From assembly GCA_964614515.1 (NCBI GenBank), contig CAZTPJ010000012.1:1691-65690 (forward strand): 64,000 bases of DNA. The letters are read 5' to 3'. The position numbers and the translations under genes were made by a program. Shown here piece after piece: positions 1 to 8,417 of the stretch; position 1 is the first letter of the stretch; every line of letters begins with the position of its first letter. The DNA comes from an uncultured Phycisphaeraceae bacterium. Lineage in GTDB: Bacteria; Planctomycetota; Phycisphaerae; Phycisphaerales; UBA1924. The notes under the pieces are model-generated. The model was given only the letters and a program-made list of their open reading frames with translations, ran no database searches and was not told where the DNA came from.

Positions 1-401
1 CGGGCGGTGCCTTCGATCACTCGCATCGCGGACTCAATCGATCCCGAGTTCATATCCGACATCTTCTCCGCCGCGATCTTGCGGACCTGCTCCTTCGTGA
101 TCTTCCCAACCTTCTCCTTGTTGGGGACGCCGGAACCCTTCTCGATGCCCGCAGCCTCGCAGATCAACACGGCCGCAGGCGACGACTTGATCTCAAAGTC
201 GAACGAGCGATCGGAATAGACGGTGACGATGCACCCCACGACCTTCCCGTTGAGTTGAGCCGTAGCGGCATTGAACTTCTGGATGAATTGCCCAGGGTTA
301 ACACCTTTGGCGCCCAGAACGGGGCCGAGCGGCGGCGCAGGCGTCGCCTTGCCCCCCGGGGCCGTCAGCTTGAAAACCTGTGTGATTTCTTTCTTGGCCA
401 T
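1..401 (-). CDS. rplK: 50S ribosomal protein uL11, 3' end cut by the window edge
   Basis: Reverse translation from the ATG at 401-399 gives MAKKEITQVFKLTAPGGKATPAPPLGPVLGAKGVNPGQFIQKFN...VTVYSDRSFDFEIKSSPAAVL...GSGVPNKEKVGKIT, a typical uL11. It is absent from the ORF track because it runs off the edge. Confidence 0.9.
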   Translation of the reverse strand, partial: MAKKEITQVFKLTAPGGKATPAPPLGPVLGAKGVNPGQFIQKFNAATAQLNGKVVGCIVTVYSDRSFDFEIKSSPAAVLICEAAGIEKGSGVPNKEKVGKITKEQVRKIAAEKMSDMNSGSIESAMRVIEGTA

Positions 402-843
402 TGCACTCCACCTCCCACCGGCCTCGGATGCCCGCCAATCTCTGGCGAAGGCCTCCGCTCGCCCGCCCCGGCCTGGGAACGGGTGGCTCGGTAGTCCTGA
501 CGGTTCAGATTGTCACCCCGGATCGCCGGGGGCCGAGATCATAGCCCGCTAGTCCTAACGCTTCAACCAGCCCAATATGTGCCGATGTGGTACACTTGGG
601 TATGCACCGGTTCTCCACGCGACGAACAGGTGAGCACTTTAAACCGAATAGACTGGTGATAGTATGACTTCTTGAGGAGTACTTTGGTGACTAGGACTTG
701 GGGAAATCATTTGCGTGGCGCTGCCTCGCTTTTCACATGGGTTGGCCACCGCAGCCCCAAGTATCGCTTTGCGTTTCCTGTGGGTCGAACAGACGAAGAC
801 GCCATCGAAGGTGACTGGATGGCGATCGGCGGCGATCTGACTC

Positions 844-1401
844 GTGCCATGCGGACAATGGCGGATAAACTGCCACCCCATGAGCGAGATGACACCATCC
901 GAGTCCTCGAAGCCATCGAAACAGATCGAACCGAGAGGAAGCGATCCACAGCGGGATCCGACAATCGCCGGTCCGGAGCCAACCACGCCGGCACGACCGC
1001 AGCAGGAGTTGCTGTACACATCGGTCCAAATGATGAAGTCACACTCTGGTCCATTACCTCCCCCGGAGGTTCTGGAGCAGTATGGTCGAGTCCATCCTGA
1101 CCTCCCGGCACAGATCATCGAACGATGGAGGTCCGAACAGGGTCACAGGCATACTCAAGAGTCCAGAATCGTCAGCGCTGGGATAGCGAGCGAAGAACGT
1201 GAAAGCGCTCAGATCCAGCGCGGTCAGTTTCTGGGGGCTGCAGTAACCCTTGTATTGGCTTGCTCAGCGGTGGCGCTTGCCTTCGCTGGTGCGACTGTGG
1301 CAGCTACCGCCATGTGTCTCGTCATTGGCGTGGGAGTGGGCGCGGTCTTGATTACCGGTAAGAATCGTCAGGAACCGAAGCCTCCACAGACCAAGACCTG
1401 A
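844..1401 (+). CDS. DUF2335-like small membrane protein (start uncertain, anywhere from 844 to about 1030)
   Basis: The motif SGPLPPPEVLEQYGRVHPDLPAQIIERWRSEQGHRH, followed by two hydrophobic helices, matches my memory of the DUF2335 family. The region looks less GC-rich than its flanks. Confidence 0.55.
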   Translation: MPCGQWRINCHPMSEMTPSESSKPSKQIEPRGSDPQRDPTIAGPEPTTPARPQQELLYTSVQMMKSHSGPLPPPEVLEQYGRVHPDLPAQIIERWRSEQGHRHTQESRIVSAGIASEERESAQIQRGQFLGAAVTLVLACSAVALAFAGATVAATAMCLVIGVGVGAVLITGKNRQEPKPPQTKT

Positions 1402-1433
1402 TCTCAGTTTGCGACTCTGCCTCCTACCGCACG

Positions 1434-2303
1434 TCACACCCCCGCCACGACGTACGCCGTCCACTGATTCAGCCCGCGCACCACGCCCGGATCGACCGGA
1501 CCGAGGAAGACGCCGTTGCCCGGGTTGTAGGTGTGTCGCCACATCTCGACGCGGGTGAACCCGGCCGTGCGGCACGCGTTCATCAGCGCCTCGACGCTCC
1601 ACAGCCGCCAGCGATACTCGAACGCATCGCGGACTTCGCGGCGTGCCGCGCGATCGTCAATCTCGAAGTGAATCGCGCACTGGATCTCGCCCGTGGCCGG
1701 GTCGAATCGCTTGACTTCCCACCGATAGTCAAACGCGGGCACGCCCCGTTCGCTGGGTAGTCGCGGGCGCGGCTCGATGCGATGCCGCGTTGAACCCACG
1801 CGCATCGCTTCCGGCCCGCCGAACACGTTCATCACCAGAATCCCATCATCCGACAAACACCGTCGTGCATGGGCCAGATACCGCTCCAGCATCGCCGCTT
1901 CGCGCAGATACAGAATACTGAAGTTCAGGACCGAGATGATGTCCGCGCGTGCCGCTTCAACACCGACCGCCAGTGAATCGCCCTCGATGAACATCACGCG
2001 ATCCGCCATCGGCCCGAGCAATCGCTCCGCCCGACGGCGTGCCCACGCGAGAGTCTTTGCATCAAGATCAACCGCGATGGCCGTTCGCCCCGGGCGCAAC
2101 GCCACCCACGCGACCGATTCCGCGCAGGTTCCCGCGAAATCTTCGCGCAGGCTGCGCGCTGAGCGTCCCGGATGCACGCGGCGATGCATGACATCAAGCA
2201 CCGTGGCGTGCGTCTCGGGATCCTGCACAGCCCAGCGATACAACTCCAGCGCATCCACAGACGCACCGGCCTCAGACAGCAATGTCTTCTCAGTCTCAAT
2301 CAC
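1434..2303 (-). CDS. class I SAM-dependent methyltransferase
   Basis: 289-aa ORF with a Rossmann-type MTase layout (DLDAKTLAWARRRA...FIEGD...DIISVLNFSILYL...LSDDGILVMNV). Confidence 0.65.
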   Translation of the reverse strand: MIETEKTLLSEAGASVDALELYRWAVQDPETHATVLDVMHRRVHPGRSARSLREDFAGTCAESVAWVALRPGRTAIAVDLDAKTLAWARRRAERLLGPMADRVMFIEGDSLAVGVEAARADIISVLNFSILYLREAAMLERYLAHARRCLSDDGILVMNVFGGPEAMRVGSTRHRIEPRPRLPSERGVPAFDYRWEVKRFDPATGEIQCAIHFEIDDRAARREVRDAFEYRWRLWSVEALMNACRTAGFTRVEMWRHTYNPGNGVFLGPVDPGVVRGLNQWTAYVVAGV

Positions 2304-2389
2304 ACACGCGCCACGCGGGAACCACGCGGCAATCGCGCCATGATGTCACGGCCCGAGAAAACCGCCCCCGGCCGTGGGCGAACGATCAA

Positions 2390-2464
2390 TGACCCCGACG
2401 GGATTCGAACCCGTGTCGCCACCTTGAAAGGGTGGTGTCCTAGACCAGGCTAGACGACGGGGCC
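2390..2464 (-). tRNA. tRNA-Glu (anticodon UUC)
   Basis: The reverse complement GGCCCCGTCGTCTAGCCTGGTCTAGGACACCACCCTTTCAAGGTGGCGACACGGGTTCGAATCCCGTCGGGGTCA folds as a cloverleaf. The anticodon loop is CTTTCAA and the T-loop is GGTTCGAATCC. CCA is not encoded. Confidence 0.9.
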
Positions 2465-2557
2465 AAGGGTCGGCATTCTAGGCGCGATGGCCGGTAACTC
2501 GGGTGGTCCCCGCGGCGCGAACTGGCCCGGGCCTCCCGCCGTGCCGATACACCTTCC

Positions 2558-3076
2558 ATGCACGAGACCTCGCCAGACATGACGCCGACGCAATCCGACT
2601 CGCCGCACGTCGCAAACGCCCCATCGCAGGTCAGCGCGTGTGAACGAGCCTGGCGTACGGCCACCGCCAACCACCCGCGCCCGATCAAGTCCGCCGCGCT
2701 CACGCTCGCACTTGTCGCGCTGGTTCTCGGCGTGATCGCGGCCGGCTTCGATCCCGCAGGCTCACGCGGATCACCTTCCGCACCACGACCCATCGCCATC
2801 CCACAGCCGCACCTGTTCGATCCGCACGGCCGTCCGCTGCTTGGCGAACTCATAGGCCGCGACGCGATCGTTCGCATCTACGATTCACCCGACGGCCCGC
2901 GCTACACCATCTGCGATTTGTCCGGCGACGTGATGGCCGAGGGTCTCACGCCCTCGGAAGTTGCGGAGCGCTTCCCGCAGATCGACTTGCATCGGCTCAT
3001 TCTCGAACCCGCGCCGGAGATGCACGGCCCGATCATGTCCGCCGAACCCCACGCGCATTTCAGTCCGAATGAATAG
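2558..3076 (+). CDS. hypothetical membrane-anchored protein
   Basis: ATG-started 172-aa ORF with one hydrophobic helix (AALTLALVALVLGVIAAGF). No family recognised. Confidence 0.45.
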   Translation: MHETSPDMTPTQSDSPHVANAPSQVSACERAWRTATANHPRPIKSAALTLALVALVLGVIAAGFDPAGSRGSPSAPRPIAIPQPHLFDPHGRPLLGELIGRDAIVRIYDSPDGPRYTICDLSGDVMAEGLTPSEVAERFPQIDLHRLILEPAPEMHGPIMSAEPHAHFSPNE

Positions 3077-3100
3077 CATTGGTCGCGGACGCCGCGATCA

Positions 3101-3811
3101 ATGGACGCACCCCTGACACCATTTCCCGCACCCCCGGGCACGCCCCGCTCGCTGCTGATCGGCGGCGTGTTTGATCCCCCGCACCTTGGGCACACGCGAG
3201 CCGCGCTTGACGCGCGGGCGCGGACGCTCGGCGATGACGCATGGTGCATCTTCGTCCCCGCCGCGCGTTCCCCGTTCAAGCCGCTGGGCGCGATTGCTTC
3301 GGCCGTGCATCGCACACATATGGTGCGGCTGGCCATCGCCGACGCGCCGCGATGCGCGGTGTGGACGGATGAGATCGACCGCGCCGTCTGGGAGACCAGC
3401 CACAACGCCGGACCGGGGTTCAGTTACTGGATCGAAACCGTTCGCCGCGCCCGCGCATCGCTGCCGGCCACGGCCGTGCTTTGTTTCCTGATCGGCTGCG
3501 ATCAGGCCGCGACGTTTCATGCGTGGCGCGACGCCCGCGGCATTCTCGCGCTGGCCCAACCCATCGTCCTGCTCCGACACGAGCATGACACACCCGAAGC
3601 CCTTCGTGATCGGCTGGCAGCCCACGCGTTCTGGACTGACGACGAACTCGACCGCTGGCGCGGATGGACCCAGCCTTCCCCCGTTCCCGGCGTCAACTCG
3701 ACGCGCATCCGCGCCATGCTGCGCGAACAGCAACCGCCCGAAGCCTTCGCGAACCTGCTCCACCCCGATGTGCTCGCGTACATCCGTCAGCATCATCTCT
3801 ACAGCGCATGA
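3101..3811 (+). CDS. nadD: nicotinate-nucleotide adenylyltransferase
   Basis: GGVFDPPHLGHTRAAL (the HxGH nucleotidyltransferase motif) and a C-terminal NSTRIRAML (the SxTxIR motif). Confidence 0.85.
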   Translation: MDAPLTPFPAPPGTPRSLLIGGVFDPPHLGHTRAALDARARTLGDDAWCIFVPAARSPFKPLGAIASAVHRTHMVRLAIADAPRCAVWTDEIDRAVWETSHNAGPGFSYWIETVRRARASLPATAVLCFLIGCDQAATFHAWRDARGILALAQPIVLLRHEHDTPEALRDRLAAHAFWTDDELDRWRGWTQPSPVPGVNSTRIRAMLREQQPPEAFANLLHPDVLAYIRQHHLYSA

Positions 3812-3815
3812 CAGA

Positions 3816-5099
3816 TCACGGCCAGAGCATCTCACGCACGCGCTGACGAATCGCCTCCGCATCCGATTGTGGATCAATCACGACCGAGCCCAGCAGCGTC
3901 AGGTCATGAGCGACGTGCGCCACGACGAGGCGCGCCTTGGGATCATGCCCCATCACCGCGTCACGAACGAACCCCGTCCAGCGAATCGGCGCAACATCCA
4001 CACCGGTTTCCCGAACAGCCGCGTCGATCGGGTCGGCCCAGCGCTCACCGATTCCGCGCACCGTCGCCGGATCAAACACCGACAAGCCAAAGACCGCGAT
4101 GGGACTCAGGATCGTCGGGTTTGGCAGGCGCGCGATCGCGGCCTGGTGTGACGCGAGCAGCGCTTCCTTCGCCGCACGTTCGATCTCGATTGGATTCTCA
4201 TTCACTGGCGGCATCACATACAAGACGAGCACCATCGTCAGGTCCGCCTCGCCCGCCCGATCATGCTCGCGCAGCGGATCGAGCAACGAACTGATCTCCA
4301 TTCCCGCCGTGTAGGTCGATGGATCGGGCACAACTGCGCCCGGGCGCAGACGCGGCGGCGATGGCCGTAGATCCGTCAGAGACGCGAGTTCACGCCGGTC
4401 CGTCGTGTCGATCACCCACGCGGCAGGGTCGCCGGGGACAAGCGCGGTGAAGCGCAGTTCGATCTCCACGGCCGTGGCGCCATCCTCGCGCACGATGTCA
4501 GTCTTGAGCATGCGCAGGCGACTGGTGGCGGGGTCAACCAGGAGCGTGACCTGGCCGTGCGGACCCTGACCGAGAACAGTGATGGCATCGTCGATGGCGG
4601 CGGCGCGGCCGAGCGGGCGCGAGGCGCTGATCCACTGCACATCGCGGAGGTATGGCAACGGGCGTGAGAACGTCGCGTCATCCCCGAGCGCGAGTTCCAC
4701 CTGCGGCGCGGGCACCGGGGGCAGGATATCGGCCAGGGACTTGGTCAGTGGGCCATCACCGAGCGTTCGCGCGACGAAGGTCTCCACATCACGGCGATTC
4801 GCCGCGACAAGTCGCCCATCATGCACCGCGACATCAAGGTCGCCAAGCGAAAGCCACACACGCGCCGACTCGCCCGTCGCGTCGCCGCGAACTTCGATTC
4901 GATCAATGCGAAGCCGCCCGGCCGCACGCACACGCGCTGTGATCTCCTCCGCGAACGCTTCGCGTTGATACGCCTCTCGCAGCGAGGCGATGACCACGGC
5001 CGGGTCGAGTTCCTCCGCGTCGCGCAGCGGCTGGGCCAGCGCCGTCGCCGCGAGCGTCAGCATCGCAGACACCAAGCCCATCACGGCGAATCGAATCAT
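3816..5099 (-). CDS. hypothetical secreted protein
   Basis: 427 aa with an N-terminal signal peptide (MIRFAVMGLVSAMLTLAATALAQP). Its ATG overlaps the folK stop in an ATGA arrangement, which suggests co-transcription. Confidence 0.55.
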   Translation of the reverse strand: MIRFAVMGLVSAMLTLAATALAQPLRDAEELDPAVVIASLREAYQREAFAEEITARVRAAGRLRIDRIEVRGDATGESARVWLSLGDLDVAVHDGRLVAANRRDVETFVARTLGDGPLTKSLADILPPVPAPQVELALGDDATFSRPLPYLRDVQWISASRPLGRAAAIDDAITVLGQGPHGQVTLLVDPATSRLRMLKTDIVREDGATAVEIELRFTALVPGDPAAWVIDTTDRRELASLTDLRPSPPRLRPGAVVPDPSTYTAGMEISSLLDPLREHDRAGEADLTMVLVLYVMPPVNENPIEIERAAKEALLASHQAAIARLPNPTILSPIAVFGLSVFDPATVRGIGERWADPIDAAVRETGVDVAPIRWTGFVRDAVMGHDPKARLVVAHVAHDLTLLGSVVIDPQSDAEAIRQRVREMLWP

Positions 5100-5725
5100 G
5101 GCTGCAACTCCGAATGCGCGGGAGGGTTGCGCGGCGGCGGCCCGTGCAAGCGTATCCCCGCGCGATCCTGCGCCGACATGGCCGCGAACACCGCATCGCG
5201 CAGCTCGCGAACGCTCCGTCCCACGCCGGGCACAATGACATCGGGCGCGATCTCCGCGAGCGGCACAAGCACAAACGCCCGCTCATGCAGACGCGGATGC
5301 GGAACCGTCAGGCCCTCGGTTTGCACGATCTGTTCGCCGTACAACAGCAGATCAAGGTCCAGTGTTCGCGGCCCCCAGCGCGATGATGACACGCGATCCC
5401 GTCCCGCTTCGCGCTCGATCCGCAGCAGTTCAGCAAGCAGCGCCAGCGGCGCGAATTCCGTTCGCACGGCCACGGCCGCATTGAGAAACGCCCCCTGCGC
5501 CACTGGTCCCACGGGCGCGGTTTCATATACCGATGACATTCGCTGCATCATTGATCGCTCCAGCGCCGCCAGCCGCGCAGCACCGCGCGCGATCATGGCC
5601 TCGCGATCGCCCACATTGGAACCAAGACCGATGTACGCTGTGAACACTGTGAAGCTTATCGCGTTGTCCAGCCCGACCCTCTCGCGGGGTTTGGCCGTAA
5701 GCCCCGCCTGGGTGTGGGGGGCCAC
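5096..5725 (-). CDS. folK: 2-amino-4-hydroxy-6-hydroxymethyldihydropteridine pyrophosphokinase (HPPK). The true start may be the GTG near 5647.
   Basis: YIGLGSNVGD...YETAPVG...GPRTLDLDLLLYG...LTVPHPRLHERAFVLVPLAEI is a canonical HPPK. Confidence 0.85.
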   Translation of the reverse strand: MAPHTQAGLTAKPRERVGLDNAISFTVFTAYIGLGSNVGDREAMIARGAARLAALERSMMQRMSSVYETAPVGPVAQGAFLNAAVAVRTEFAPLALLAELLRIEREAGRDRVSSSRWGPRTLDLDLLLYGEQIVQTEGLTVPHPRLHERAFVLVPLAEIAPDVIVPGVGRSVRELRDAVFAAMSAQDRAGIRLHGPPPRNPPAHSELQP

Positions 5726-5912
5726 CCAGGAAGCCTGACCTTGAGGGAGTGCTTGAACTCAAGACATCCGCACGGTGTCTTCGGATTCGGTGGGGCGGGC
5801 GTCCCGCCCGCCTCCGTGTGGCATCCGACACGCCAAGTGTCCACGCATCACACTCGCGCCAACTGCATCGAAGTCGCCTCTGGCGACTTCGATGGCACGA
5901 CGATTCATCAGT

Positions 5913-5938
5913 AGCCCTCCCTCACGGTCGGGCTTCTT
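5913..5938. repeat. single inverted copy of the AAGAAGCCCGACCGTRAGGGAGGGCT element
   Basis: agccctccctcacggtcgggcttctt is the reverse complement of the unit that is tandemly repeated at 12388-12500. It abuts the ubiX stop codon. Confidence 0.7.
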
Positions 5939-6638
5939 ATGTGCCTTCCCACCGCACATTCAACGCGTGCTCCACCTTCAGCAGGTCCAGCACCTTGCCG
6001 ACCATGAAGTCCACAAGATCTTCAATGCGCTTGGGTTGAAGATAGAACCCCGGGTTCGTCGGGCAGATGATCGCCCCCGCGAGCGTGAGCGTGCGCATGT
6101 TCTCGATGTCGATCAGGTTCAACGGCGTCTCGCGGTGGCAGATGATCAGCGGGCGTCGCTCCTTGAGCGTCACATGCGCTGCGCGAACGAGCAGGTTTGA
6201 CCCCGCGCCCGTGGCGAAGGCCCCGAGCGATTGACTCGACGCGGGCAGCACCACCATGCCGTGATGAATGAAACTCCCCGACGCGATCACCGCGCCGACA
6301 TCGCGATGCGGATGAATCACAAGACGCTTGTCACTCCCCGCGCGCGTGAACGCCTCGTGGATTTCGTGCTCGCGTTCGCCGTGCCGCGGCGCGGCCTCAG
6401 CCGCGACCTCACCGTGCGCCACGGCCGTGCGAACCGCCGCCGCCGCGAGTTCCTCCGCCGTCACCTGTCGCACGCCCGCCTCATCATTGAGCAGCCGCCG
6501 CCCATAGTCGGTCACGACCAGATGCACCTCATGCCCGCCGCGCAAGAGCAGTTCCAGCAGGCGCAGCGAATACGCCGCACCCGACGCGCCGGAGACGCCA
6601 AGGACGAAGCGACGGGATTGATATGCATCGACAGACAT
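5937..6638 (-). CDS. ubiX: flavin prenyltransferase UbiX
   Basis: RFVLGVSGASGAAYSLRLLELLL...ASGSF..HGMVVLPASSQSLGAFATG...RPLIICHRETPLNLIDIENMRTLTLAGAIICPTNPGFY. Confidence 0.85.
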   Translation of the reverse strand: MSVDAYQSRRFVLGVSGASGAAYSLRLLELLLRGGHEVHLVVTDYGRRLLNDEAGVRQVTAEELAAAAVRTAVAHGEVAAEAAPRHGEREHEIHEAFTRAGSDKRLVIHPHRDVGAVIASGSFIHHGMVVLPASSQSLGAFATGAGSNLLVRAAHVTLKERRPLIICHRETPLNLIDIENMRTLTLAGAIICPTNPGFYLQPKRIEDLVDFMVGKVLDLLKVEHALNVRWEGT

Positions 6639-6744
6639 GGACGTGACCGGAGCAGACGCCCCCAGAAGGATAGCCGAACCGCATCATGACTTCGGCAAGG
6701 CGAGGACTTCGGTTTCACGCAGAAGGTGTCAATGCGCCAAGTGC

Positions 6745-6771
6745 CCCGACAATGCGCTTCGCATTGTCGGG
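6745..6771 (-). terminator. perfect 12-bp hairpin downstream of nuoN (possible terminator or REP)
   Basis: CCCGACAATGCG-CTT-CGCATTGTCGGG. No clear U-run follows on the minus strand. Confidence 0.35.
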
Positions 6772-6824
6772 CTTCCGTGTGCATGTCTCGTTGCAATTCA
6801 GCGCCACGAGTCGATGGCGTGAGA

Positions 6825-8417
6825 TCAATGCCCCGCGCCACTCCCTACCGCACGCGCAGGCTCGTGGCTCTCCGCTTGTTCCACCACCGCCCCCTGCCCC
6901 GCCGCCTTCTCGCTCTGTTCCATCAGGCCGTCGGCCGCGAGGAGCAGGCCCACAACCGCGATGGCCGACAGCAGGCCGGCGAGTTTTCGCGAGGCGAACG
7001 GCACGGCCTCGACCGGCTCCGCCCGCGAATCCGGCTCGGACAACATCGGCGCACCCACCAGCCGCAAGTAATAAAACGCCGCGATGGCCGAGTTCAGACC
7101 GAGGACGATCACCAGCGGAATCTCGCCGGCCGCGATGGCCGAGGTGAACAGCGGAACCTTCGCGAAGAACCCGATGATCGGCGGCATCCCCAGCAGACTC
7201 AGGGCGCTGGCGACCATGATCCATCCCAGCGCCGGGTGCGTCTTGCAAAGTCCTCGAAGGTCATCGACGGAGTCGATCTCGCGCGTCGAGCCATCCGCGT
7301 TGCGCCGTTCCAGACACGCCAGCACCGCGAACGCGCCGAGGTTCGACACGCCGTAGATCAGCAAGTAGAACAGCACGGCCGACAGCCCGCTCTGGGTGAA
7401 ACTGCCATCGCCCGGCCCGGCGATGATGCCCACGAGCATGTATCCGCTGTGCGCGATGGATGAATACGCGAGGATGCGCTTGACCGACGTTTGCAACAGC
7501 GCGAGTACGTTGCCCACCGTCATCGTCAGCGCCGCCATCACCCACAGCGTCACGCGAACAACCTCGGGCAGGCTCTCGCCCGCGCCGTGCGTCCACCCGG
7601 CCGTGCCCGCGATCTGCATGATCGCCAGAAACCCCGCCGTCTTTGGCGCGAACGCCAGAAACGCCGCGACGGGCGCAGCCGCGCCCTGATACACATCCGG
7701 CGTGTAGAAGTGCATCGGCACGGCCGCGATCTTGAACGCGATGCCGATCAGCGAGAGCAGCAGCCCCGCGAGGGCGATGTTGTTGATGCCGTCGTGGGCG
7801 AGCGAATCCGCGATGGCCGTCAGGTGCGTCTCGCCCGTGCCGCCATAGAGCATGGCGAATCCGAAGAGGAACGTGGCCGCGCCCATCGCGCCGAGGAAGA
7901 AGTACTTCACGCCTGCTTCCTGGGAACGCATGGAGCCTTCGCGTCCACGCCCCGAGATCGTGACCATGATGTACGTCGGAAGGCTCGTGAGTTCCAGCGC
8001 GAGGAAGAGCCAGATGAGGTCCGGCGCGGAGGCGCAGAGCATCACGCCCGTGAGCGAGAACAGATAGAACGAGTAATACTCGGCGCGAGTGGACCGCAGC
8101 GGATCAAATGTCCGTGCGCCGAGCGCGATGTCCGATTCCTCCTGTCGATCCACCGTCCCCGCCTGAAGCAGCAGGATGAGCAGGCCCACGCCCGCGATCA
8201 TCGCCTTGGCATAGGGCATCAGGTGCGGGAAGAGCACGCCGGTGGCGGGCTTGGCCGTGTCAATCGCCAGCGCCATCGCCGCGAGCAGGCCGAGGCCGGT
8301 GATGACGATACAGCCCTTGCGAATGGCCGCGCTCTTTGACAGCCCGAGTACCATGACGATGCACGTCGTGATGAACAGCGCGATCTCGGGCCAGAGGAAG
8401 GCGAGGCGCTCGGTCAT
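6825..8417 (-). CDS. nuoN: NADH-quinone oxidoreductase subunit N
   Basis: 530-aa polytopic antiporter-like protein. It is last in the J-K-L-M-N order and overlaps nuoM by 4 nt. Confidence 0.88.
   Translation of the reverse strand: MTERLAFLWPEIALFITTCIVMVLGLSKSAAIRKGCIVITGLGLLAAMALAIDTAKPATGVLFPHLMPYAKAMIAGVGLLILLLQAGTVDRQEESDIALGARTFDPLRSTRAEYYSFYLFSLTGVMLCASAPDLIWLFLALELTSLPTYIMVTISGRGREGSMRSQEAGVKYFFLGAMGAATFLFGFAMLYGGTGETHLTAIADSLAHDGINNIALAGLLLSLIGIAFKIAAVPMHFYTPDVYQGAAAPVAAFLAFAPKTAGFLAIMQIAGTAGWTHGAGESLPEVVRVTLWVMAALTMTVGNVLALLQTSVKRILAYSSIAHSGYMLVGIIAGPGDGSFTQSGLSAVLFYLLIYGVSNLGAFAVLACLERRNADGSTREIDSVDDLRGLCKTHPALGWIMVASALSLLGMPPIIGFFAKVPLFTSAIAAGEIPLVIVLGLNSAIAAFYYLRLVGAPMLSEPDSRAEPVEAVPFASRKLAGLLSAIAVVGLLLAADGLMEQSEKAAGQGAVVEQAESHEPARAVGSGAGH

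Noticed and set aside
639-1118. Minus-strand ORFs (159, 134 and 98 aa) opposite the DUF2335 gene.
   Set aside because: They overlap one another and the plus-strand gene. Only the plus-strand ORF carries a recognisable family motif and TM helices.
402-2464. tRNA-Glu as the integration site of a genomic island covering the DUF2335 and methyltransferase genes.
   Set aside because: No integrase is present. No convincing direct repeat of the tRNA 3' end occurs near 400-700; the best look-alike, tgtcaccccggatcg, matches poorly. The methyltransferase gene has host-like high G+C.
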